Below, in pieces: positions 1 to 12,435 of a stretch of DNA of 64,000 bases. The stretch comes from Rhizodiscina lignyota (lineage: Eukaryota): positions 2,046,001 through 2,110,000 of the forward strand of contig ML978126.1 in NCBI GenBank assembly GCA_010015805.1. The letters are read 5' to 3'. The position numbers and the translations under genes were made by a program. Position 1 is the stretch's first letter; every line of letters starts with the position of its first letter. The notes under the pieces were generated by a model that was not told where the DNA came from, did no database searches, and saw only the letters and a program-made list of their open reading frames with translations.

Positions 1-372
1 GGGAAGCCAGGAATGCGGGGTGCTTGGAGCTAAAATGGTTAGTTCTTCCTCTCTAAGGGTTCAATAGCGTTTCTATCAGCGGTGTCGCCGCTGACTCTGA
101 GTTTGCCATTCGTTGTCTCAACCGACGAGCAGGAAGTTAGACGGCGAAATCGGAGCCTGTAGGAGTTACCTATAAGCTACCACGAGACTACTCGACTTAC
201 ATACAACAGAGACAGAGCAATGCTTTCTTGTTGGAGACACATTGCATTATCAGATAAATTTGGTTAAATCATTCATCCAGATAGTGTTTCTTACCATTCT
301 CAGCACTTACGACATACAAGTAATTTCACAGCAGAATCAGCGAGAGTATCTCATACGACACGCCGACTCAAC

Positions 373-1326
373 ATGGCGCCAAGCACAAACGCCAGCAACG
401 GTGACTCTACAAAGAAGCAATGGCGCCAACCCGCAGCGGTTCTTCGCGAGATGTTGCAGGACCCTGAAAAGATAGTGGTGTGCCCAGGTGTTCTAGATGG
501 CTTCACGGCCCGGATTGCACTCGATGTGGGATTCGACGCACTCTACATGACCGGTGCGGGAACAGCAGCGTGTCGTCTAGGAGCTCCTGATTTCGGCATC
601 ATCAATATGACCGAGATGGCTGCAAACGCTAGCATGATTGCGAACTTGGACGACCGTGTTCCTCTCATCGCAGACGCCGATACTGGATTTGGCTCGTCGC
701 TATCAGTCCGCCGGATGGTGAGGACGTATATTGATGGAAACGTCGCGGCTTTCCACATTGAAGACCAAGCGTTTATGAAGCGCTGCGGCCATCTTCGAAA
801 CAAGGAACTCGTGTCTTTGGACCAGTACTTGACCCGAATCCGTGCCGCAAGTATGGCTCGCGCAGAGTCGGGTCGGGATATCGTCATCATTGCCCGAACC
901 GACGCGCTGCAATCACTTGGGTTCGACGAGGCAATCCGTAGGCTCAAGGCAGTCTATGAGGCTGGAGCCGACGTGGCATTCATCGACGGCCTCTTGTCAA
1001 AGGAACAGGCTAAAGAAATGGTCAAAAGGCTCGCGCCTATGCCATGCCTCCTCAACATCGTTCATGGTGGAGTTACTCCCCCTATGACGGCGCAAGAGGC
1101 TAAAGAATACGGTTTCAAGATTGTCATCTGGTCAATCTTGTCCATGGCGGAAATCTACAATGCGACCCACAGGGCGATGACCGAGCTGCGAGACACTGGA
1201 TTTCTCAAGCAAAGGGAAGACGGTACAGGGGGTATTGAGGACGTGTTCCGCGTGTGCGGAATCAACGAGAGCGCTGAATTCGATGCCGAGGCTGGAGGAG
1301 AAAGTTTTAAAGGCGGCTTTTTCTGA
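373..1326 (+). CDS. Isocitrate lyase/PEP mutase superfamily lyase, oxaloacetate acetylhydrolase / 2,3-dimethylmalate lyase-like (317 aa, intronless)
   Basis: Motifs GFDALYMTGAG, PLIADADTGFG, HIEDQ, catalytic loop KRCGH, IIARTDA, LLNIVHGGVTP. Confidence 0.9.
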   Translation: MAPSTNASNGDSTKKQWRQPAAVLREMLQDPEKIVVCPGVLDGFTARIALDVGFDALYMTGAGTAACRLGAPDFGIINMTEMAANASMIANLDDRVPLIADADTGFGSSLSVRRMVRTYIDGNVAAFHIEDQAFMKRCGHLRNKELVSLDQYLTRIRAASMARAESGRDIVIIARTDALQSLGFDEAIRRLKAVYEAGADVAFIDGLLSKEQAKEMVKRLAPMPCLLNIVHGGVTPPMTAQEAKEYGFKIVIWSILSMAEIYNATHRAMTELRDTGFLKQREDGTGGIEDVFRVCGINESAEFDAEAGGESFKGGFF

Positions 1327-3117
1327 GTGTATCGTTGAGCCGCTGGCCAGGTGCTTCGTCCCCAGTCTGAAACAAATACATAGAACCAGAAATCATCATC
1401 TAATTGGCGGTATCTCAATACATTGTGCACCCAGAAAAGTTCCAGAAATGTCACGAGCCTAGCAACCAATAGGCATTGTATTAAGAAGAGGTCTAGCTAA
1501 AGAAGAAGAAAGAGAATTCTATAGAATGTCCTCAAGGTATACTCGGCTGCTGTCAAGCAACTCCAACTTACGTAATGTGGAATTCCGTGCAGCTTTCCAG
1601 GGCTAGGTGAAGGCCAGGGCTATTATACTACCCCCTTTTCTTTTAGGTTTTAGAGCGACGTACCTTTCTCTCTTTCAAGATGTTCGGCCTTCTTGGTTTT
1701 TTGCTAATAGGCACTTTAAGAGCTGTAGTGGAGGAGTCCTATAATGCTATAATATGAGGCTCCCGTAGCCTAGGCGGCGACGCCTTGACGCGGCGACGCG
1801 ATCGTAACTTTCAAGGAAGACAGCGTTACTAGGGTTCAGAAAGGGTCGTAGCAGGTGGCTTGCATAAGACTACAATGAAAGTCGACTCTGTGAGGATATC
1901 TGAGTTGCTTCAAGTCAAAGTACCTATGGTTTTTCTCGTCACGTAGTGGCTTTTGCGACATAATGAGGGAACTTACTGCTCGCATTTCAAATTAAAACAA
2001 TTATGAGCATTCGCTCCACTTGAACTTTACCCAATAGCTCTCTGAACTCTGAAGATTGTTGCTGCCATATCGACGAGGCGCACGTTGACGTGGGTCTTCG
2101 GCTTTGCGGAGCGGCCAAAGTCGGAATCTGCCGAAGTTCACTCCTTGCTCAAGTAAACTGAGATAAATGCCAATGTTATTAGAAATGTTGTTTGAATCTC
2201 TCACTAAATATTCGCTAGTTTTAATCCTGACCCTCAAGAGAAATCACATTCTCCAATATGGACAGTAGAGACAAAAGGAAAGCAGATGAATTGGTTGATG
2301 TACGCGGAGTTGTCGTGAGAATTCCTGAAGTCCCCCTACTCAATCAAAGTTCGACGATAGTTTGAACTTAACAAATGTTGTAATAGGCCTTGCCAACCAA
2401 GGGAAGCTGTTGCCTAATGACGATCTGTCTCACCTGGAGAGGAGTCCACACATAGAAGCTGCACTCTAATCTTGAGTTCAAACTAGCTTGCTGGTTAACC
2501 TCACTCTTGCAAGAGCACATAGATAAACGACCGCAGGCATGACTTTTGCTCGAATCTCGACAGATTAGCCTGCTCATGGCTTGAGCATGATGTGTCCCTT
2601 AGGGATCCTCCACTCTATGGAAAAGGTAAATAGTGGTTGGCAACGGGTCATCGCAGAGCGACACCTTAAATAAGGAGGACCATAAGTTTGATCATCGAAT
2701 ATCTCGCAACTGGTTTGTCTTGCCGGGAGTAGCTCGATAGCTCGATATCATGTTTGGCCTTTTCTTGTTCACACAAAGCCGCGGCCGTGGTATCTAGACT
2801 GATCCGCCAGTGCCTGAAGGTCATTCCTCGAACTTGAACCTTGCACGTCGGAAACTGTAGCAAACTGCAAATAATTCGAGTGGAAGACTTTGTCCATCAG
2901 ACCATCAACGGCCTCTTTGAAGCTGTCTACGCTTAATTAGAGAACACGAGAACAAGGGGATCCCATACAACGCAGAAGGGGAATATCGGCTCATTACATG
3001 ACAGACTCCACCCCATGCATCCGTTACGACGTTCAAATCAACCGAAAATCTAACGCCAGAAGCCATCCATGCACCGCTGCCTGTCGATCTTATCGCCATC
3101 CACTGCACGGAACGGGC

Positions 3118-4428
3118 CTACGACGTCTGAAGGTATCTCTTCGTGTCCTGCTGCGCAAAGCTAAATGGACTCTTCGTCATCTCCGGACTCCTCGGACTGA
3201 TCGGCAGCGCGAACAAGTCCTCGTCGTCCTCTTTTGATTGATTCAGCGCGCTTGAGGCCGGCGGTGGGGGAGCACTAGTGGTCATGGGTACCATGCTTCC
3301 GAACGAATCCATGCTTCCAAACGAGTTCAAGCTTCCCATCCCTCCCATCTGCTGCTGCTGGGAAAGTATCGACGCGGGTGGTTGCGCTGGCGCTATTCTT
3401 CTTGCCGCTGCAGGCTGGGATTCTACCGGTCGCTGAGCAGGCTTTGCGGCGAGAGATGATAGTGGCTGAGTTCGTGGTCCTTTGATAGTTGCGAATGACG
3501 ACACTGCAACATCTGAGCTCTCCGGTGAAAGTGGGTTTTGGCCTGGCGGGAAGCCGCCTTCTGGGTTGTTGGATTGCTTCAAAGTCAGCTCGTTCGCAGT
3601 GGTGCCGAGCCGCAGCCCCTTCAACTTCTCCTGCAACCGACTCCCACCTGGACTGCGCGGGCTCGCTGGGCCGGGACTCCTTGGTTGGCCCTGTAAGTTC
3701 TCCAATCCACCGCTTGTCTGCAGTGTAAGTGAAACTCCGGAAGGCTTGGCAGACACACCAAAGTTCTCTTCTATCCACTCTTTCTCCTGCACTGCCATTG
3801 TGAGCCCAACCGATTCGACGTTAGTCGCCGACTCGGAGTCAATTTCTTTCTGGAGACTTCGCAGCCGCTGCTTCGCCCATATTGTGTGCAGCACACCCTT
3901 CTTGCCTGCCGAACGAGCGGAGGCGCCAAGAGCAGGAGGGAAGATTGCGGGGAGAGGGTTGGTTTGATATGAAGTCTCTTTTGCGCCATTCTCTTTGTTT
4001 GAAGGCTGGAATGTAAGTGCTACGATCGGCGGGACCGCCGTGCCCGGCTGCAGCAGAAAGTACATTCTGTGCGCGCCTCCTTTCTCGGTCACTGTACTCT
4101 TCCCATCGGTGTTTGCCTCTATTGGCTTTGGGCATAGCCCGTCAGCCTCCTTTGTCTCCTCTTCTGGCGCAGCTGGAAAGATTGCTCTCATGCCTTCCCA
4201 TGTGACGTGCCAGTCCCCTCTCACGCCCTTGGTGCTCTCATCATCCTCCCATTCAACCATGAGGATTTTTGTGCCTTCATTGCCGCGACCAGACTCGAAC
4301 TCGAAGCGTGCGAGCGCATGTGGCGCTGAGACAGAGGGGGACTCGACTTCGTCATTCGCAGCGGTGTCCGGGAGTGCAGAGGTAGAGAATGGTGGTGGGG
4401 CCCTCGGTGATGAACTTGTCGCAGCCAT
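3118..4428 (-). CDS. Conserved fungal hypothetical protein (436 aa, intronless, low-complexity Ser/Pro-rich C-half)
   Basis: Long ATG-initiated ORF with ordered-looking blocks ARFEFESGRGNEGTKILMVEWEDD, PLPAIFPP, GKKGVLHTIWAKQRL and C-terminal DLFALPISPRSPEMTKSPFS. Confidence 0.8.
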   Translation of the reverse strand: MAATSSSPRAPPPFSTSALPDTAANDEVESPSVSAPHALARFEFESGRGNEGTKILMVEWEDDESTKGVRGDWHVTWEGMRAIFPAAPEEETKEADGLCPKPIEANTDGKSTVTEKGGAHRMYFLLQPGTAVPPIVALTFQPSNKENGAKETSYQTNPLPAIFPPALGASARSAGKKGVLHTIWAKQRLRSLQKEIDSESATNVESVGLTMAVQEKEWIEENFGVSAKPSGVSLTLQTSGGLENLQGQPRSPGPASPRSPGGSRLQEKLKGLRLGTTANELTLKQSNNPEGGFPPGQNPLSPESSDVAVSSFATIKGPRTQPLSSLAAKPAQRPVESQPAAARRIAPAQPPASILSQQQQMGGMGSLNSFGSMDSFGSMVPMTTSAPPPPASSALNQSKEDDEDLFALPISPRSPEMTKSPFSFAQQDTKRYLQTS

Positions 4429-6086
4429 TTTTGGGATTTGGAGAGGGAGAAGGAGGTTTCGAGTGAGCGGAGGTGTCTCCGATGGAAATGAGGTTGTGGC
4501 TGTCCTGGTGGAGAAGCGAGAACCTTAGGGTGTCAAGCGCCGATCCGCGCGACTAGCAGGATATATTCGTTGACGTCGCGTCGAGTTGCTCGAGTCACAG
4601 AGCGAGGAGATGTCAAGGACGAGCTACAGCTCTTCGCAGAAGGAGATCGTCGTCGGACGATCTGACTTCCCAATTTGCGCGTTCAGCCCTGGTCTGGTGC
4701 CTCCCTACTCGAGTCCCAGGTTGATCCTGAATTAGCCCTAATTGCGCAGGACTGCCAACTATTCAGAAGAGATTTTCCTTGATGCACTCGTCGTCGCCGC
4801 CGGTAGAGACTGAAAGTTAGCAAGTCGGTCTGCGAGAGCAGGTCTTGGGAAAGACACGGCGGAGTGTCTAGATGTGGGTTCGTATCCGTATTCCCAGACG
4901 ACCACTGTGCCGCGGACCCCAAAAGGCTCGAACGTTTGTAAAGCAGCTGCCAGGGCCACTGCTAACCTTCAGTCGCTGCCGTCGTCGGCTTACGCAAGCT
5001 GCGGAAAGGACAGCGCTCTGTACCCTTTTAAAGTTGCTGGAGTACGCAGAAGTGCGTCTTGGCGGATCGAGCCAGGCGAAGCGGAGGCGATGGTTATCGC
5101 GTAGCTCTGCTGGAATTATACTTGCGGGAGCGCCGCGGCCTTGGCTCTTTGTAGGCAATGGTAGTAGTGCCCGGATAGCGTGAGCCTGGCCGTCGTCGAA
5201 AGTCGTCGTACGCGCGGGCAGAAGCCGGAGCAAAGTGGCGAGCACGCATGCCGCCAGATCGCGCTCTGCTGCACGTTACACAGCAATGCACGAGTTTATA
5301 AATAGCACACTCTCGCCGCCAAAAGTCGACATGTGCCTTGTGGCCGAGTGGAGCGCGGGGATTTGCTGGGTGCCGCGTGGTGAAGGGTGTGGGTATGTGC
5401 TGCAGCGGGGCGCGCTCCGCCTGCCGAGATGGGTCCCAAACTCTTTGATTCACCCGTCGATGATATGATATAACCACGCCCTGCTCGTCTGTCTCTTGCT
5501 CGGAAATAGCGTCCTCGTCGTTGAGATCCTACATACGCTCGGCTGTATATGTAACACTTCGACCTCGCGAAAGTGGCCGAGAGGACGTACCGCGAGCATC
5601 CGCCTTCATGCATCATACAGGCTGACGCCCCTATGTCGATATTCCCTTGCATTTAGCGAGGCTCTCCAGGACATATTAGGAGTCTTCGAACTCCGGCGTA
5701 TTGGGAACTGTCGATGAGCTGCAGAAATCACCTGGACAGCATTTCCCGGGTGACACCACTGACCGAGCGGTAGCCCTTATCGTAATTTCCTTCGAGGAGC
5801 GACTGGCCTGGTCCGACTCGTGCAGCAAGTCGTGTGCCCGCCCAGCGTGCGCTGAGAGTCTTGACAGCTCTGAAAAGCCAGCAGAGGCCAGATTTTGCAG
5901 TGGAATGCATGGCAATAAGGAGTACGACGAGCTGTTACGCAAAGTCGGCTGTGGCTTTCAGGCGTCGCACCTCCCACTTTGCGCGGAGGCCGCCTGACCT
6001 CCTAAATGCTCCCAACTTTGACTTGACTTCATTCGATTCTTCCAACATCTCTCTCTCCTTCTCTTCTAAAGCTTTCTCATAATGCG

Positions 6087-8442
6087 ATGGCTCCCACTAA
6101 GCTCACAGCGCTTCTAGATGAACTCAAGCGCTTCTCCTTTTCACTCACTTCAGCTGCGGACTACGTGTACCAGCCCTTAAACCGGGAGGAGATCCGCCTC
6201 CTACATCTCCTTCCTGGACTCTTCGAAGACCCGATTTTCATCGCCATCAAACATGTCCACCTTCGGCCACGGCAAGCCAGGGCTCGAATTGCTGTTGAAG
6301 ACGTCCGACGCACTCTACCACCACAGTCGGAAGTATACGAGACTCTGGATGGGCGATTTATTCTCGTCGATGAGAATGATGCGAAATTTCCACGCGAAGG
6401 TGTTGGAAACGACCTCAGTGGAATGTCCGGTTCATTCAAGAATACCGAGTACTATGCACCTCAACCTGAAACTACAGAGGCAGACGACATGATAGACTCG
6501 ATGCCGAAATTTGAAGCTCTATCATACGTCTGGGGAAGCACCGAAAGTCCTCGAAAGATTTACGTTGCTACGAGCGAACAACGAGACACAGCAATGCCAG
6601 AGATCAATATTACAGTCTCTTCGCTTGATATCGCACCAAATCTGGAAAATGCGCTGAGGCATCTTCGGAAGAAAACCGAATCCCGGACCCTCTGGATAGA
6701 TTCGATTGCCATCAATCAACGCGATCTCAGTGAGAAGAGTGAGCAGGTGCCTCGCATGAGCGACATTTTTCGATCGGCACCTCGAGTTGTAGTTTGGCTA
6801 GGCCCGGAAGCAGACAAAAGTCGCACAGCACTCTCCACGCTTCGCTTGATTGGCGATCAGGTTGAATTCACGGCCAATATGCAACCTCTTGTGGCTCCGG
6901 GGTGTAAACACCCTGACTGGCTTCAACCCGATCATCCTTTTCCGTTCGACGATGCTGCATGGGAGGCTATCTCGTGTCTTCTGCAGAGGGCGTGGTTTGA
7001 TCGCCTTTGGACTTTCCAGGAGATACAGCTGGCAAACAGGCATGGAATAATGGTTTGTGGCGATGACGAACTCCCCTGGCGCACATTTCGACGGGCGATT
7101 CTTTGCCTAGGGAACAAGCACGGTTCCATTCGGTACCTCGCTCCTCGTCCAGAAGTGATGATTGTCTGCTATAACTCCACGAGACGACCATTTGAGCTGC
7201 TATTCGAAACTGCCGTGGCTAGACAACAGGAAGATCCCAGAGACAAGGTTTACGCAATATTAAATCTTTTGCCGCCGTCTCTGGCTGCTAAAATTCAACC
7301 AGACTACAAACTTCCGACGGCCACGGTATATACAGAAACCTTTCTTTCCTATGTCGAGATGTCTCAAAGGCTTGATCTTCTTGTCCATTGTGTTGACTAT
7401 CGATCACTCGAAAACAGCCCATCCTGGGTACCGAACTGGTCAGCTCGAACCCTCGATTACACTGTGTGGCCAACACAACTGGCAAGCGGTCTATCAGCTA
7501 CAAATTCAAGACGTATACAACCTGGTGTGTTGGAAGTTGTGGGCACTCGGTGCGCCATAGTGGATGAAATCACGGATTTCCATTCCCTGGAAGATACACC
7601 ACTGGCTTCGGGTCCTTCAGCTTTAAAGCCGTCGCTCCAGTGGCTGGCAGACTACCAAGGCGACGTTGCTAAAAGCCGCACACGCGTTGATGAGTTCCGG
7701 AAGAATGCCCATAATTTCTTGGATGCATGGGTATACGTTCTTTTATGTGGTGGTCTGAAAGGTCAATTTCCTTCCATCAACTCCTTCCCATCCCTGCAAC
7801 AAGCGAAGCAAGCCGTTGTCGACCTCTTACACCAAGCACGCACTGCCTCCCTGGACAATGAATCTCTCATTCAGAATTACATTGTCCAAAAGGCCCTCAC
7901 CTACTCCTTTCCGGGACAAAAGATGTTCACGACAACAGATGGCCAAATTGGTTTCAGCGGAAAGGGAGTTCGGCAAGGTACGCAAAGCATGCCGAGAGTA
8001 TTCATCGTTAGCTCTAACTTTGACAGGTGACATTGTCTGCGTTCTACTTGGATGCCACTTTCCAGTCATCTTGCGTCCGGCCGGCAAAGATACCTACACA
8101 ATCGCGGAGAAATGCTACGTCCCTGGTTTGCAATCTGTCGAAGCCTTGCTCGGGCCCTTACCTCCGAATTACACTCTCCAAATCATGAACGATGGAGTTG
8201 GTGGGCACACTGTGCAATTCAAAAACGCAGACAACGATTCTCTTGCGTCGGAAGATCCTCGTCTTGGAGATCTTCCTGCTGAATGGGAACAACTGAATGC
8301 AGTGCGGACACGTGATGATCCGCTGTTCTTCGCTCGTTTCAGGAATAAAGAAACAGGGAAAGTGATCAACTCGGACCCTCGTATGCTGCCAGGAGCTCTG
8401 GAAGCGCGTGGAGTGAAACTGCACAGTTTCAAACTCGTGTGA
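6087..8442 (+). CDS. HET (heterokaryon incompatibility) domain protein; one intron 7978-8026
   Basis: HET motifs YQPL..EIRLLHLLPG, FEALSYVWG, LWIDSIAINQ, RMSDIFRSAPRVVVWLG, WFDRLWTFQE, DPRDKVYA, PSWVPNW. The GTACGC..CTAAC..CAG intron joins RQG to the typical C-terminal GDIVCVLLGCHFPVILRP. Confidence 0.9.
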
Positions 8443-9098
8443 TGACTGCAAATACAACATTTGATGTTCCAAATATTCAACCTCAGCATGCGAGATCGAG
8501 GGTAGCAATCAAAAGCGGCCCACTACTACTCAACTCCCTGCCGACACTAGCGCAGCTCCTCTCTGGCTTTGCGGGCTTTTGCGCCGACCCCGGTTTTTCT
8601 GCACTCGCTGTTCTAACTCATCGGACAGCCTTCTGGGATGACGCTTATTATTGCGTTGTCTTCGTCCACGGTCGCAATCGAGTCTTCCAAATTCGATCCG
8701 GATCGGCGAAAAAGTTCGTGATTCTGAAAATCTTTGGAAAAGTCAACGCCCTCTGCTTTCCGGCTGCCGTTTTAACATCGAGGAACTATTGAGATGCTAT
8801 GAATGGTCGAAGGGCTAAAGCTCCCTGCGCATCTCCAATGCAGCGTGCGGAGATTAAGACACATTTCAGAGCGTTCGATGCGACAGAGGCCATATAGAAA
8901 GCATCATGGCTACTTTTGGAAGTTTGATGATGATTTTGATGAATTCGAGTGAGCAGGCCGCGGGTATGACCACTTAACAAGGATGTTAATAAGGGCTTTC
9001 AAGAGCTTTAGTCATTATAGGATCCGAAAGAGCTCCAAGAAGCTCGATATACATACAAATATCGATATCTAGAGTCCTGCTCCACACCTGCTTTGCTG

Positions 9099-10007
9099 CT
9101 ACTCGGCTGGATTCTCTGACGCCCACTGATGCACTAAGGTGATCGCCTTTGCAAAGGCCTCAGGAGCTTCAGAAGGAAAAGCATGGCCAACGTTCTCATA
9201 CACAAAACGCTCGTGCTTTCCTGAAAACATCTGATCGTGTGTGGCTGAGCCACCTGGCTTCAGAGGATCCACTTCTCCATCCAGAGTGACAGTTGGCACT
9301 GAAATCTTCAGTCTCGCTGCGAGTTTCTCCTCGAGATGCTCTAGAGCTGGATCGCCATCTTCCGTGCCGAGTACATGGCGGTATGTACCAACAACGACAT
9401 CAACAAAATCAGGGTTGTCAAATGATGTTGCCGTCCGATTGTAAACTTCCTCGCTGAAGTTCCACGTTGGTGACCACTGCTGCCACAGTATTTTGCACAA
9501 CTTGTGACGGGACAGTGATAGACATTCTTTTCCTCTTTCGCTCTGGAAAAGATGCTGATACCACATGACACATTCCAGCTCCGGATCACAGGGCCGTTTC
9601 TGATCCGCTCTGTTAACTACATCGTATCCCGCGTACGAAACGAGTCCGGCAACTCTCTTAGGCCAGAGTGCGGCTGCGACACAAGACGCCAAACCGCCCC
9701 AGTCGAACCCAGCGAGTACGGCTTTCTTGATGCTAAGTGCGTCTAAGAGAGAGATTAGATCGGAGCCCAGAGCCGCTTGCTGGCCTGCTCGCATGGTGGT
9801 TGAAGACACGAAACGAGTGGGCCCGTAGCCTCGGAGGTACGGGACTATGACTCTCGCGCCGTTCTTAACGAGGATGGGTACGACTTCGTCATAGGCGTGG
9901 ACGTCGTATGGGAAGCCGTGGGAGAGCACGACGGGCCATCCGTCTTGCGGGCCGTGCTCGTAGTATGCGATGTTGAGGATGGGGGTTTGGATGATTTTAT
10001 AGTCCAT
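9099..10007 (-). CDS. Alpha/beta hydrolase, epoxide-hydrolase-like (302 aa, intronless)
   Basis: HGFP oxyanion motif, VPYLRGYG, nucleophile elbow GFDWGG, C-terminal GHAFPSEAPE. Confidence 0.88.
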   Translation of the reverse strand: MDYKIIQTPILNIAYYEHGPQDGWPVVLSHGFPYDVHAYDEVVPILVKNGARVIVPYLRGYGPTRFVSSTTMRAGQQAALGSDLISLLDALSIKKAVLAGFDWGGLASCVAAALWPKRVAGLVSYAGYDVVNRADQKRPCDPELECVMWYQHLFQSERGKECLSLSRHKLCKILWQQWSPTWNFSEEVYNRTATSFDNPDFVDVVVGTYRHVLGTEDGDPALEHLEEKLAARLKISVPTVTLDGEVDPLKPGGSATHDQMFSGKHERFVYENVGHAFPSEAPEAFAKAITLVHQWASENPAE

Positions 10008-10945
10008 GGAAATTGACAGTTGTAGACGGGAAATCCTGTATATCGTTTTAGAGGTAAATGTATCTACTGAAACCCCAGTAAATAAATGATGTTTACGAAA
10101 AGCCTCTCTGCGGCACGTTTTATAAGAATGGAGAGCGAGTCAAAGGATTGCTTATTGCTGTGTCCTTTTATGGGTCGACGTACCCGTACGGCATAGTATA
10201 GGTGTCAACCAGGAAAGATGTATTAGAGAAGAAATGGAGACTACATTTCTACAGCAGCACTGGACAGTCCAAGACTTTCAATGGTTCCTGAGGTCGGCTT
10301 GCAGAGCTCCGATCAGTTGATACATGTATTCGGAGACTTTTGCGTCATGACTCATAAAAGTTAGTCTTTTAAGCTATTCCTGTTAGGGAGTAGATTCTGG
10401 TTACGTCATTATAGTTGAGAGGATCGCTTTGGGAATTCGAACGGCGGTGTGGTGGTGAACATGGCTAGGAAAGGTATTTCGAAATTAATGACACCACGCT
10501 ACATACCTGTTCAGGTCTTACACCTGTCATATCGTAAGCTGCAAAACTTGACTTACTTCAGTCTGTCACATAACCAACTCCTCGTGCCTATTTATTCCAC
10601 GTTTTATTTTAGTAGATTTATGTAAGATGTGCTGTTAGCTATATAGTTGATATACTAGAAACGACCTTGACCATAGATCCTCTTCTCCCAGAAGGTGAAC
10701 GGACTGCTGATATTTTATTTGGGCGTCTACCTTGGCTTCTTCAAAATACAATAAATGCTTTGACGGAAGGGTGATCATGATAGACTCAGTATTGGGGAAG
10801 GCAGCATCGAGCTAACATGCTGTGCCGCATGCTGTGCCGCAGACTATGTATCAAATGCCACATACGTGAAGTGTTCAGGAGATATTTTCTAACATGCGCA
10901 CGAGAGGCACGCGCGCAAACTGCATTTCAGCCACCACGGGGTATC

Positions 10946-12435
10946 TCATGTCCGAATAATATCACCAGCCTTATTAACCTGCACCCTCTTATCCTCGCCC
11001 ACACTGACAATACCCACATGCTTATCCCAGCATACCCCAAACACCTTCAACCCTTCCCCTCCCACAGGCGCCTTGCTCTTCCCCTTCTCTTTCAGAATCT
11101 CTCGCGGAATGACGTACACACTCTCCCCAACCTGTCCTCCACCAACTTCACCCACCCCTGGCCGCACGCTCCGGATATCCCAGACTCGGCACGTCCCATC
11201 GTGACTACCGCTTACGAGCCCATAAGGGCTATCGGGATCGGCAGCAAGCGACACGACGCCGTTTGTGTGCCCGCGCAGTGTCATCGCTGCGATGGTGGTT
11301 GCGGATGCACGTGGATCGATCATTGTGATATGCCGGGCACTCGTGCCTGCGGCGAGTAAATTGGCGCCGTTCATCGCAGCGAGTGAGAGCAATGGGTGTG
11401 CGGTTGTACGTGTATCGACGCATGCACTCGTTGTTAGATCCCATGTCCGTATTGTGTGGTCCCAGGATGCGGAGTAGCCGACTGTGTGATCGGTGGGCGA
11501 GAAGATGGCTGAAGACACGACGTCGGTGTGGCCAGTGAGGAGAGATAGTGGACCGCGTTGGGTGCCTGTTTTTGACGGAGTTGGATGGCTAAGTTTGCGA
11601 CGTTTGTTGCGTGCTTTGGGGATGAGGTTTTCTGGAGCTGAAGGCGCTTCGGATTTCTTGGTCGTCCACAGGCCAACGCTACGGTCGCTAGATGAGGAGA
11701 GGATGCGGGAGGATTGCGAATGCACAGCTATGGAATCAACACTGGATTTATGGCCATATAACTCGAGCGTTGGTGTGAGCGTAGCACTCTCTTCTGAGTA
11801 GTCCCATACTCGGATCGTTCGATCCATGCTCGAGGACGCGATCTTCTGAGGCGAGATGAATTTGACAGACTTGATGGCGAGGGTGTGTCCACCCTCATCT
11901 GGCGCATTGGATGTGGCAATGACTTCGTTGGACATATTCCACATTCGAAACAACCCGTCATAGCCTCCGGATAGTATCCTCTCCTGTCCAGATGACACCT
12001 CTTCAGCTTCTCTTACGGCGGGTGACGATCCGGATAGAACATCCACAGAGCTGATCCAATCATCGTGCTCGTACGATGAGACATGTAGTGGAGGGATGAG
12101 AGCGCGTACGTATTCAACCGTAAGCGTTGTTTCCGCTGATATGCCATTGGCAGTGAGGAATTCGTCGATGGAGGTGCGAAGGAATTGGCCATTGATGAGG
12201 AATTCGAAAGGTACGGGTCGCTCGGTTTGCAAGAGGTTGTTTACGAGCGTCGAGAGGGCATATCTTCGGAATCCTGGACAGCAGTCAATTAGGCTACACC
12301 TCGATACAATTAAATGGAAGACATACCTGTTGAGACAAGGAGTGGGCCGGGGTCATCGGGGAGTTCAATGTCCGGATACCTAGTGGTGAGCTGGATTCTG
12401 ACCTGCGCCGTTTTTGTTTCCTCTGTGGAAGCCAT
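10946..12435 (-). CDS. YTM1: Ribosome biogenesis protein Ytm1 (NLE domain + WD40 repeats); intron 12274-12326
   Basis: Spliced N-terminus [51 protein letters not shown], then [27 protein letters not shown] and WD repeats; GTATGT...CAG intron restores frame. Confidence 0.92.

Noticed and set aside
1900..3000. Short ORFs as a possible pseudogene or transposon relic
   Set aside because: No recognisable domain, terminal repeats or consistent frame.
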